A stretch of 55,445 nucleotides of DNA, the filler included, from Streblomastix strix (taxonomy: Eukaryota), in assembly GCA_008636045.1 (NCBI GenBank). It is 2 parts of 2 records of this genome, joined end to end, with 100 filler letters (N's around TTAATTAATTAA, not from the genome) between each part and the next. Parts side by side here need not be neighbours in the genome. Positions count along the whole stretch, not along the records: positions 1 to 27,675 come from SNRW01000139.1; 1 more part is not named here. The stretch is one strand, 5' to 3'. The number at the start of each line of letters is the position of its first letter. Position 1 is the first letter of the stretch. Both the position numbers and the translations under genes were made by a program. Under the pieces are notes generated by a model. The model saw only the letters and a list, made by a program, of their open reading frames with translations, ran no database searches and was not told where the DNA came from. Positions 12,889 to 24,164 of the stretch are shown in pieces.

Positions 12889-13272
12889 ATGACATCAATA
12901 TATAATTTACCATATATCACTTTAACATAAAATGACGAAGTTGTAATCGGAGAAAACGCTTAAGTGAGTAGAGTTGGATTTACATTACCATACGCGTTTG
13001 TAAATTCAGATAATTAAAGAAAAATAATATTCAGCTAATGTGATTTTTCAAACTAAGGCTCCAATGAGGGCATTTCTGTTCATAGTTCAATGGTTCAAGA
13101 AGAATAATATTTCGATTAATTTGTTGGCTATTGCAATGAATAACGTGTTTATAAGCCCTACATCTAATACAACCACAACAGATATTTATATGTATGGTTC
13201 CGTTAAAATTAAGAATTATTGGATATAAATTAATAGCTAAAATTTGTTCTTGTGTTGATGCTGGAATATTGA
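12889..13272 (+). CDS. Putative minor capsid (penton, single jelly-roll) protein
   Basis: Intact 127-aa ORF directly after the MCP: LPYAFVNS...VHSSMVQE...FDQFVGYCNE...YVWFR...FVLVLMLEY*. The pattern resembles small Maverick penton proteins. Confidence 0.6.
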
Positions 13273-13683
13273 AATAACTAATATATTTTTATTTAATTTC
13301 ATTTTTTATCACTATAGAAATAGCAAATATTGAGAAATAAAATTTACGATTAGAAAAATATGCGTTAATTTCTATGATAGATACTATGAAATTCTTATTA
13401 AAGTAAGCCGAAAGAGATGGAGAAGACTTAGAGTTTAAAATAATTGATTATGAATACGAATAAGAAAGAATAATTTATGCAAAATAAAAAATGATTGAAT
13501 CGATGAAATTAATTTAACAAGAGGCCGATTTAAGAAACAATGAATCTGAAATAGTTCGTAAGGAATAAATAAAGAGATTAGAATTTAAAATGTAAGAAAA
13601 AGAAGAAAAAATAAATTAAATTAAACGATTTTAAAATATATCGTTTTATTTTTTTTAAATCTAACTTTTTATCAGTACATTAA

Positions 13684-14294
13684 ATGGAATAAGTTAAAGC
13701 TACCGCCAAGATTTCAAACTACAATTTTCGTTCCGTTGAAGGTTCATATTGTGGCTTAAAATTGCTTATTAAATTAGATGATAATTACATTAATGCAACT
13801 AAACTTTATGAATAATATGATATATGTTTCAAATAATTATAGAGGCAGACTAAATTGAAGGAATATTTAAAAGCAGAAATGAAAGAAGTTGAGCCCATGG
13901 GAATTCGCACGGGCTAGTGGATGAATGCTATTGATAAAGGGGTTGATAACGAATATAAAATAATTGAAACAAAGAGCGGTTCCTCAAGGTAAAGAAACAG
14001 CTTATGTATTAGCCGTTTAATATATAGAGGTTGATGATAAAAATTATTCAATTTTGAAAGTTCGAAGAAGAAATAAGAAATGGGTTAGCAATAAATTTAT
14101 GTAAGAATTAAATGATGCGTTGTCATATTATGATTAAGAATGTATTGCTATGACCAAAAATGAAGCAATTAAAGAATATTTAAATAAAAATATGATAGCT
14201 ATTAAATTTAAAGGAATCAAATGTATATTTAATGAAGATTTAACTGATGATGTTATAAATAAAATTAAGAAATACACAACTTGAAGACGAATGA
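13684..14294 (+). pseudogene. KilA-N domain protein (internally deleted or frameshifted)
   Basis: GSYCGLKLLIKLDDNYINATKL is the KilA-N signature. The C-terminal part (RAVPQGKETAYVL...) is in another frame. Confidence 0.75.
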
Positions 14295-14684
14295 AAGACA
14301 TTATTTATTTTATTTATGTTGAAATAAATTGGAAAGAATATTATTTGACAATAAAAAAACAATAAATTTTCATCAAAATTATAAATAGAAATGGATGAGT
14401 AGGTAGAAATTTCACTCGAGGAGGAGGTCGAAGGATAGTCTAACGGACATAAATGTTTTGAGAGCTTAAACGATTTCAAATAATTTATTTCCTAAAATTA
14501 ATAATAATTATCTAAACTATCAACATAAAAATTAAATAAATTATATAAGTTGGAAAGTTATAAATTATCAAAAAATAGAAGGTCAAGTATGTATAAGAAC
14601 TTGTGCCAAAGATCAACTGAATAGGATTGAATATAAATTAGACTAGTTTTTGGATGTTCTGAACTATTTGGTCTATGCTCTGAA

Positions 14685-14776
14685 TTGAATGACTTTATAG
14701 TGTTCCGAGTGTTCCGAGTTAGAAATTTTTTTAAAATACTGTGGCCAACTGGACAACTGGCCAATAATTGAGAAAA
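14685..14776 (+). repeat. Intergenic iteron repeat, copy 3 (+)
   Basis: TGAATGACTTTATAGTGTTCCGAGTGTTCCGAGTTAGAAA...CTGTGGCCAACTGGACAACTGGCCAATAATTGAGAAA. Confidence 0.9.
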
Positions 14777-14789
14777 ATAAAGTCGATTA

Positions 14790-15613
14790 ATTATTCAAAT
14801 GTTGATGTTGAACTTATCCGTTTCAGATTAATTTTACAGCTATTCCACTCATTTCGTATTATACCACTAATGCTTATTGTTCAGTTAGTCGTACGTACTC
14901 ATACCATATTGTTTCTTTATCTGATGGTATAGAAAATTAATAGAAAAATTAATTAAATTTTAATCTGTTAAATGAGCCGAAGAACCATAATGAATCAAGA
15001 TTTGATTTAATTGCAGCATCTAAACCAATGATGTCCTATAAGCAAAGGAAGTATATTATTCAGGGCTATCGGTTCTTAAATAGCTTCTTCAAAAGTGTAT
15101 TATTTTTATTTTTTTAATATACTCATTGTATCATCAAATAAAACAATCGTATTAGGAAATTTTAAGTTAAAATTACCTTCTCCACTAGCACCAAAAATAT
15201 TAATTAATATATCATCTTTTGATTGTTCAGTTAGCTCTTTTTATAATTATTTTTCTTGTATCTCATCATACTCTTATTTGCAATCTATCAAATCATTCAG
15301 CATTTAATCCGCTTCGGCATATGGAATAATTTTAGTTAGAATTATAATTAAATCTTTCATCTTTTTTATAAGTTATGTCATTAATTGAGTCGCTCACGTA
15401 TATGAATAGCTTATAGCAATATTTTTTTAATTAGGTCAATTTAATTAGTACTTTGAAGATGTTGTACGTCTTACCACTTCCACGCTAACCTATCAATAAA
15501 TTTACAGAATAATATGTTAAATTTAATTCTTTATTAATATTTGTTTAAATTTCATGTTTATTAACTTTTATTTCTTTTAATATGTTATCTACTTTTTATG
15601 TTAAACTGGCCAT
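14790..15613 (-). pseudogene. A32-like (FtsK-HerA) genome-packaging ATPase
   Basis: MASLTQKVD... with Walker A NLLIGQRGSGKT, Walker B TIVLFDD, then LFKNRQ and FLCLQD. Frameshifted. Confidence 0.85.
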
Positions 15614-15654
15614 TTCTATATAATAATACATATTTTTTATCGGTGAGAAATAGA

Positions 15655-16766
15655 ATGTGAGAATTAACAGAATAAGAAATATAAAGAATAGTCAATGGGG
15701 AAGAAGCAAATGCAAGAAAGGAATTTGAAGCAGAAAGATGCAAAGGTGCAGGTGGGTAATCAGGCGCAGGTGGTGGTGGGTTGATGGAAATTGATGGAAA
15801 GGACGATGATTTCGATTATTATGAATCGCAAGCAGCAAGATAGGACAGAATGAAATCACGAGCAAAAGCGTTTAGTAAGCTACATTTTCATCCTTCAATG
15901 ATTCAAAGAACAAGAATGCATGGAGGTCCATAGTTTAGAGAGGAGGCTTGGGATGTCCTTGCTACACTTGTCGGTTATTTAAACAGAGATATTAAGAAAA
16001 TTAATAGTTTATCGCCTGCCGTTAGTGCTCAAAAATATATAAATGATAAACATTTGTGCAAACGATTTAGTGTATCAGAATAAGATTTAGATGATAATAT
16101 TGCAACACCTGATAATGCGGTTGTTGATGATAAGAAAAAGAATGCAATTTATTTAGTCGATGGTTATACAACAGCTGTAGGATTTGGAGACCCGGAACAT
16201 TAACATAAAAGAAATTGGAAGAAAAAATATTATTCAGATTTTAATAATTTAGAACGAGCAGCATTTGATGCATAATTAAAACAATAAGGAATAAAAGGCG
16301 GTCCTTTCATGAAATGGCTATCAATAACTAAGTTGTATAAAGTAAGAGAAATAAAACTACATAGTTTCAGAGCATTCACCGTCGATGCCAAAAAATTCAT
16401 GGACCAAAATGGAGTCGCATAATTGCAAATGGCTACCAAACAACAAATAATGGAACCTGCTTAGAATACTGTATTTTTTGCTCCTGCTGTAGATATATTT
16501 GAAAGATAAGACGGAAAAATAGACATATATATAATAGAAGCAATAAAACAAATGTAAAATTTGGGGATTATGAATATTTGCCACTTGATAAAAGAGTCAA
16601 TAAAAAAGAACTGCCTACAGTTATTGCTCAACTATATGCTGATAATCAGGTTGATAGTAAGATTTCATAAGCTCTTGGATAAGTTATGTAATATTATGGT
16701 GATATTTTAACACTGAGATAATAAAACATTAATGGTTATAAATTAGAAAAATATAAATTCGTTTGA
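15655..16766 (+). pseudogene. Conserved-looking viral hypothetical protein, divergent from the ATPase
   Basis: Long open frame with a Gly-rich linker and QDLDDNIATPDNAVVDDKKKNAIYLVDGY. A TGA follows the ATG directly. Confidence 0.55.
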
Positions 16767-16800
16767 ACATTATTTATTATTTATATTAATGTTTTTCATT

Positions 16801-16944
16801 TCTGGCCAGTTGTCCAGTTGGCCACAGCTTTTTATAAAAGTTTCTGACTCGGAACACTCGGAACACTCAAAAGTCATTCATAAACGATTCCATTTTCTCG
16901 TGCAAATTTCGACGATTTCGTTGTTGTTTTATGACTCAGAACAC
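16801..16944 (-). repeat. Intergenic iteron repeat, copy 4 (-)
   Basis: TGGCCAGTTGTCCAGTTGGCCACAGCTTTTTATAAAAGTTTCTGACTCGGAACACTCGGAACACTCAAAAGTCATTCAT...TTTTCTCGTGCAAATT...TTTTATGACTC. Confidence 0.9.
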
Positions 16945-17568
16945 CTATCAATCCAGTTTACTTATGTAATAATTAATTATTTTTATCTTGAATAAATGAC
17001 AGATAAATAGGGGGGTAAAACTCATAAAGACGAAGTACGCCTCCGATTGTGCCTCCGAATACGCCACAGATTCAAGCACTACCAGAGCTATTATCATTTA
17101 ATTAATCGCTTAGATAAACATAATAATAAATGACTTAAATGTAAGAATATATTGGAAGGGCACAAGCACGTGATTCTTAGCCAGTACCATAATTTTATAC
17201 TGAATAATTGCAATAGATATTAATGTAGGACTATATTATGTAAATGCAAACATGGAATTTTTAGCTATCACCTGAATTTTAAATGGAGCAACGACAATAA
17301 TAATTAATATAAATGTAGAATTTTATCACTTAGATGCAAGCACGAAATTATTAGCCATCACCAGAATTATCACCTGAACAATAACCCAAACAAGGCGAAG
17401 CTCGCGAAGTGCAGGAGGATTATCAACTGAATTTATGGCCTGAAAAATTAATTCTAAATGTTATTAGAGAATTAATGACGTTATATGACTCTGAAATATA
17501 ATGGAAAATAAATGTAAATGAATTAAGGTTTTAATTTTCATTAATTTTAGATAAAACTGGTTTAAAAA

Positions 17569-20500
17569 ATGGTAGAAACAATAGAGATATAGTTCGAAAT
17601 GTAATATTATAATCAGAACCATTTGCAAAACGAATCAGAAAGGACATTCAATAAGGCCTTCAAAACGAATAAATTATCGGTAATGCTTACGCTAAATAAT
17701 TTATGCAAGAATAGAATAACAAATAGCAAATGAACGCTTAAGACGAATAGAGCTAACAGCACAATTAATAATGGGAGCAAGTATTGGAAGATTAATGAGT
17801 CAAACATGCAAATTTGTTAAAAGAAATTAAAGAATAAAAAATAAACTTTAAGCAAAAATAAAATGGAAATGTGTTCAAAAATGTTATAGATGAAATTAAA
17901 GAATTCAATGAATCATTTAATGACAAAATTTTTAGGCCAATTGATGCTCTTAACGTCCTATAGAGTACGATTATGTTATGTGAGCCACAACTCAAATTAG
18001 AATATGAAAGAAGAATTAATTTTGAGCGAAAACGTATATAAAATTAACATATCAAATATGACCCATTTTATGTTTATACTATCAGCCTAACATAAGAATA
18101 TCATAAAAATGATTTGAAAACAATTGAAGATGTCGATGCTTATTTAGATGAAATAATTAAACGAGAATAGAAATTCGCATTCAAAATTGCATTTGATTTT
18201 GGAGTAGCTATTGAACAAGTCGATGGTTAAGAAAATGATTAATAAATAACATATAAAATTATTCATCCTCTTGAAGCCAGAACGGAGATGAGAGCACTGA
18301 CAACCATACGCACGCACTTAGATTTAGAAAATTATAAAAGATTCGTTAGAAACCACATAATTTAGATGCAAGAGAAAACCATTATGTACACCAAAGAGAA
18401 AATAGTTTGTATACATATGTTCAAACTACCACACACGTGTAGGTCGAACAAAACCATCATTATAGAAACTTATTATAAGGCAAGAGATTCGATATATTGA
18501 CCTTTAGAATAATAATTAAAATTTATGTTTCTTTCTAGCATATTCATTTATTACAATGTCAGATGTTAAAGAGGAACAATCACGTATAGCAGAAGCAAAA
18601 TGATTATTTTAAAGAATCTATGGAAAGATTATAGATGATAATTATTAAGGATTTAATTTTTCAACAGATGCAGATTAATTTATTTAGAACGAAAATTTAA
18701 ATATTAATGTACTCGCTTACGAAGAAACAACGGCAGCACTAACCGAACCATCAGTCAATTCATCAGCCAATTAAGGTAGTTATTATCTATGGAAATAATA
18801 CAGAAGAATCGAATAGAACGAATAAACTAAAAAGTTTAATGTTCTTTTAATAACTGACAAAATTAACGAATAATAAATGGCTCATGTTTTTTTTCATATA
18901 AACGATGTTGAGGCATTAACCGGTTTAAAAGATTGTTCTATTTGTGGTGCGCAGGCATATAAGACCAGAGATTCAAATTTATAACCTAAGCTAAAGAAGT
19001 ACATATAAAAATGTTAAAAAAATGTAGGAAAGATAGTAAAAAAAGTTTATTTAGAAAGATTTCCAAGACCATACGTTCCTCATATTTTGAATAATGTTAG
19101 CTATAAGTATCTTCTGGTTCAAGGTCGAATGGATAAATTCGAACCTACTCAATATTATATTTCATATGAAATTGAAACCGTTAAAATAATCTTTAATGAA
19201 TAATTAGGTGATAATTCAAACCAAATATCAATTCTAGAACGTCTTTCGATTGCAAGTATAATAAAAATAAAAAATAAAACATTAATTAAATTTATTCCAT
19301 TTATTTCGATACGCGAACAAAAGATTTTATTATCATATAGATAAAATAATTGTTAAAAGAATCCATAAAAGTTACTGATTCAAGCAAATATGAATATGAG
19401 ATGATACCACTGCATTACGAGGTGCCAGTAATTGGCTTCAATTCTTCAAAGTTTGATGTCGCATTAATTCTTAAAAATTTATACAGCGATGAATGGTAAA
19501 TAATTAAATATCTTGATAGCGGTTCAAACGCTAAATAAATCAATGTTAAACATAACATAATAGGAATCAAATTGCGATTCATAGATGCGATGATTTATTG
19601 AACAAAAATGAAATTAAAATAATTCATAAAAGATTTCACACCTAAAATAGCGTCAGCAATTCCAACCAAATTATAATTTCCATATGAATTCATCGATTAC
19701 GATAATTATAATAAAATATTGAATATTCCTTAGCCATTTCCGATTGAAGCGTTTAGAAAAACAATTAAAAATAAAAACTTAAGTCAAGAGAAATATTAAA
19801 ATTATTTATCTAATTCTTAGCATTATATAAATGGTTGGATTACCTTCGACACTATAACATTGAAGATACTCGATTAAAGATTCAGCCGTTGAATTACCTA
19901 ATTTATATGTTCTTCAATTATAAGATTGACATGTTGTAGTTCATGTCGATGTCAGCATGTGCTAATGCTATCAAATATGTCCTTGTTTATGGCGACTTCA
20001 AATTGGGTTAAGATTACTCGCCAAAAGATGATTATGCATTGTTCGTTCTAACATAAAATTTTTGAAACATTAAAGTTTAAAATTATCTGGAAAATGATAA
20101 AAAATAGAAATAGTGATACAAGCAACTACATCAAGGAATCAGATTGTGCGTTCTATAGAAAATTATTCCTATCAACAGGGTGCCAATTTTGTAAGGCACG
20201 ATTCACAAGCAAAATTCCTCCAACATTAGATAGAATCAACAACGACAGGGGCCATTCTGCAGATATCATAAAACCGTGCTGCTTATTCTGCAATAAATTT
20301 AAGTCAAATAAGGATGAAAATTTAACAAGATTAGTAATGCAATTAAAAAATTTCTGTCTGACAAAGTCCCTACCTATGACAATAACCGATGAAGAAATTC
20401 ATAAGATTTTACGTTCTGGAATCACTGGTGGATTATCATAACTCATGCATCGCTATAACGTGGCAGGTGAAACTAAATTAAATTAATTAAAATTTATTAA

Positions 20501-21935
20501 TGGAATGGTCATTAGTTAAGACACAGACCACACAATGACCCATCTTTTAACACTAGATTTCAACTGTTAATATCCCAACGTTATGAGCTCAGAGCCGCAT
20601 AAGTTCATCAAATATACAGGAAATAAATTATATATGGCGGGATAAATATTGAATAAAATTACTGATAAATTAGCAGCTATAAATTTAATTTATAATCCTC
20701 TACAATTTAGTGACGTTGAAAGAATGCCGTTATTTATCGCAATTGTTAAAGGACACATCGACGAATAACATATAAACGATTTCATTAATTTTCTTCCGAT
20801 TTTAAGAAACATAAATATTAAGACTGATTTAAAAACGTTAGGTTCATATATATATAATCTACTAATGAAAAATAATATGTATCATGACAAAATTGAACGA
20901 AAATTAACAAATTTATCATCAACTCATGGATAATTTATGTCCCTCAATAATTATTATTTGTGGCTTCTCATTGATGATTTTCATTTCATTATTGACGATA
21001 TTTAATATGTTATAACATTCACGAAGCATGACAGATTCAATCCATTTGTTAAGGAATTTATGAATCAAAGAATATAAGCAATAAAAAGAAAATATAAAGG
21101 AAAATAATAGTTCTATAAATTAGCTATGAACTCAAGCTATGGAAGTGATGGGATGAATTAATAAAAATATTCGCAAACGAAATTGTTGAGCTCTGATAGG
21201 ACATGGTTGTCTCATCTCTAAGGTTCATTCGTTAATGATTAATAATTAAAAGAGGATTTATTTTCAGTTTAATTTAATGCTGAGAGTTGAAACTGCAACA
21301 CTTGCCTACATTCTGCGTATTTCGTGTCAGATAATAGCAAATATTGGTATATAAATTTTATCTATAATTCTATTGTTAAAACTTTCGATATGTACAAGAG
21401 GCACTATATTTGTGGTGATACTGATTCTATGACATGGGCCATCAGTGGCAACTCCAGCGTTGAAGAGGGACATAGACAGAAATTTAATTATTTAATCAAG
21501 GACTAGAAATTTTTCGATGAAAATTATCCTTTTTTCTTCGGATAATTTAAACAATTATTGGGAGTGAGTTATGAGGCAGAAGGAACGGCTTGCATTGCTC
21601 TAGCTCCAAAAATTCATTACATTTATAATCCTCTTCCAAATGAGAATGAAAAGGATTACAATTATTGTTTGAAAGGAATAATATAAAAATAAAATGTTCA
21701 ATTAAATGATGAAGCATTTAAATAATCATTAAATGGTTAATAAATTTGTGCTCAAAATATTATTCTCGGTTAAAGAAATAAATAAATGTCAAAAATATAA
21801 ATAAATAAAGTTGGTTTAACATCAATTCATAATAAAATGGTTGTTCTTGAAAATTAAAGCTGTGCTCCATTCCTGTATTTTAACAGATAACAATTGAGTT
21901 CAGAAAATTATATAATTGCCAATGATGAGCACTGA
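17569..21935 (+). pseudogene. Protein-primed family B DNA polymerase (pPolB)
   Basis: Exonuclease motifs YEIET, VIGFNSSKFD and YNIED; FPYEF; ITGGLS; polymerase motifs LDFNCQYP (A), KLAMNSSYG (B) and GDTDS (C). Frameshifts are present and the start is approximate. Confidence 0.92.
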
Positions 21936-21946
21936 TGATAGGCACT

Positions 21947-22077
21947 AACGAAAAGCATTGAATAAGAGCGATAAATTGGAATAGGTTATGAATGACTTTT
22001 AAGTGTTCCGAGTGTTCCGAGTGTTCCGAGTCAAAAACTTTTATAAAAAGCTATGGCCAACTGGACAACTGGCCAGA
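21947..22077 (+). repeat. Intergenic iteron repeat, copy 5 (+), three iterons
   Basis: ATGAATGACTTTTA(AGTGTTCCG)3AGTCAAAAACTTTTATAAAAAGCTATGGCCAACTGGACAACTGGCCA. Confidence 0.9.
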
Positions 22078-22159
22078 TTGTTAGGTCGGTCTTCCGATCT
22101 CTGCCTGCGGCTGATTTTATTGGTGAATTGAATATAAATTGTTTTTTTTTAAGAAATAA

Positions 22160-23571
22160 ATGTAAAACGAAAATAGTTTATATGAGGAGATACTTAGGAC
22201 TTTTGCTGATGATAAATATCAAAGAGAGGAAAATGATTTTGAAGTATAATAAGATATCGATGATAAAGCGTATAAAGTTCATTATAAAATGACTCTGAGT
22301 TCATAAAAAATATCTTTAAAATTGTAAAGAAGAAAAAATTGATGTTATTGTAGAAAAAGCTGATGAAATAATTATTGGAAAACGAACAATAGCGGGTTGG
22401 TACTGTTATTATATTTCAATTTAATAGCAATTTGTACCAACAAAATAAAATAAATAAAAAAATAAATAAATAGACAAAGATGTTCAAGATTCTGTGATTC
22501 GGTCTAAAGACACATCCTCACCCGTTTAAGGTGGTGATATGGAAAATATGTCCTATTATCCCTTCAAAACAAAATTAAAATTATTTGGAAAAATCAATAA
22601 ATAAAAAATATATTTATAATTAAAAAGATGTATAAGTACAGATGAAAGATTATAAATTAAAACCATTATAAAGACTACAACGACCATATTTCTCTCCAAA
22701 GTTAGGGAGCTGGGATATAGATATAGTCTTTTCATTCGATTAATATTTATAGGAAACCAATGATGAAAATGATGATGCAATCTTTGAATAGAACGAAATA
22801 AGATAGCATACAGAATAGCATTGAAGAAAAACAAATTTATATCTATTTTGCATAAACATTAATACAAAATATTTAGTAGTATATCCATTGATTTATAAAT
22901 CAGCTGCATAAGTAGTTGGGTAATTGTAAAAAATAATAAAAAAATTATTACGTAAATAATATTCGTGGTGATGGAGAGAAAGGATTTAATGGTTCTTATT
23001 TTGCTTTATTTTGTTCTGAGAATTAGATTATTGGATATTTCACTGAATCAAAATTTACTAATTATAATCGAGTTGTCGATTCAGTGATTCGTACAATAAG
23101 GAATGCATTTGGTTATAAAATTAATTAATTTTCAACGAATAAATAAATATAAATAGTCGTTGATATATACAATGATACTCGATATCTAGCGTTTCAAAAT
23201 AAATATAGCTAATATTAAGTTCAATTGTCAAGAGATTTCGAAGGATTGTATATATTTGTTCATAAATGAAGAAATTTGAGCGACAATTAGTAAGATAAAG
23301 ATTACAAGGAATATTATCATTTAAGGTTGGAAATATAATAATTGTACATCTTGATTTCTAAAAAACATAATAAAATTTTATGAAATAAAGAAAAAATTTC
23401 AATTAATTAGCGGAATTCATTAAATATGTGATTGATAATTTCATATACCGATTATTGAATCATTCTTATGAAACTAACATAATAAAAATACCTTAATATT
23501 ATTGTAAAAATGTAAGTGAAAATTAGGAATCACTACCAGAATATTATGCTACAGAATTTAAATTTAGATGA
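22160..23571 (+). pseudogene. Retroviral-like (rve) Maverick integrase
   Basis: RPYFSPKLGSWDID...YLFCININTKYLVVYP...IRGDGEKGF...NRVVDSVIRTIRN...IYNDT. TGA stops and frameshifts. Confidence 0.85.
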
Positions 23572-23621
23572 AACAAAATTTTTAATTATTATTATTTTTT
23601 CAATTTTTTATTTAAATTAAA

Positions 23622-23956
23622 ATGACAGATAATCAAGCCATCAATGATACAACATAATCGGAGTCTGCATAAATGGATCCATAAAATTTAGCGAAATAAG
23701 GAAGATCAAAGAAATATACCGATAAAGAATAGGCAACGATTGCTGCTAGAGAACAGCGCAAAAATGCAAGAAATAGATACAATTAAATTAAACAGATTAT
23801 GTTTCTAAAGTTAATGATATGCAATTATTAATCATTAAAGAACTTAAAAAAAATTATCGAGAATATTAATGATTTGTTAACAATTAACGAATTTATTAAA
23901 AAAATGAACCTGTAAAAAACATTAACGAAGATGCAAATGATGATATAGACGTTTGA
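23622..23956 (+). pseudogene. Small basic putative DNA-binding protein
   Basis: MTDNQAIN...KQGRSKKYTDKEQATIAAREQRKNARNRY, a GRPKKY-like motif followed by a basic helix. Frameshifted in A-runs. Confidence 0.45.
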
Positions 23957-23993
23957 AATAAACAATTTATTTTTATTATTTATTTTTCTCACT

Positions 23994-24164
23994 TCTGGCC
24001 ATTTGTCCAGTTGGCCACAGCTTTTTAAAAAAGTTTCTGACTCGGAACACTTGGAACATTTAAACGTCATTCATTACCTATTACATTTTCTCGTGCAAAT
24101 TCCATAAATTTCATCGATGTTTTATGACTCGGAACACTCGGAACACTATAAACGTTCAATAAAT
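23994..24164 (-). repeat. Intergenic iteron repeat, copy 6 (-), with a second iteron block
   Basis: TGGCCATTTGTCCAGTTGGCCACAGCTTTTTAAAAAAGTTTCTGACTCGGAACACTTGGAACA...TTTTCTCGTGCAAATT...GACTCGGAACACTCGGAACAC. Confidence 0.9.

Noticed and set aside
13315..13640. Coiled-coil-like frame between the penton and KilA-N genes (also a low-complexity frame at 16996-17500)
   Set aside because: Probably viral hypothetical genes, but there is no clear start or motif to justify a call.
11001..23571. TGA recoding (Trp, Cys or Sec) in viral genes
   Set aside because: In-frame TGAs fall at positions best explained as single changes from different codons (GGA, TCA, CGA, TGT). They co-occur with frameshifts, and TGA also ends intact ORFs, so this is decay.
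10291..24164. CRISPR array or integron attC interpretation of the iteron repeats
   Set aside because: The copies are hundreds to thousands of bases apart and alternate in orientation. No cas gene or tyrosine recombinase is present, and the context is eukaryotic.
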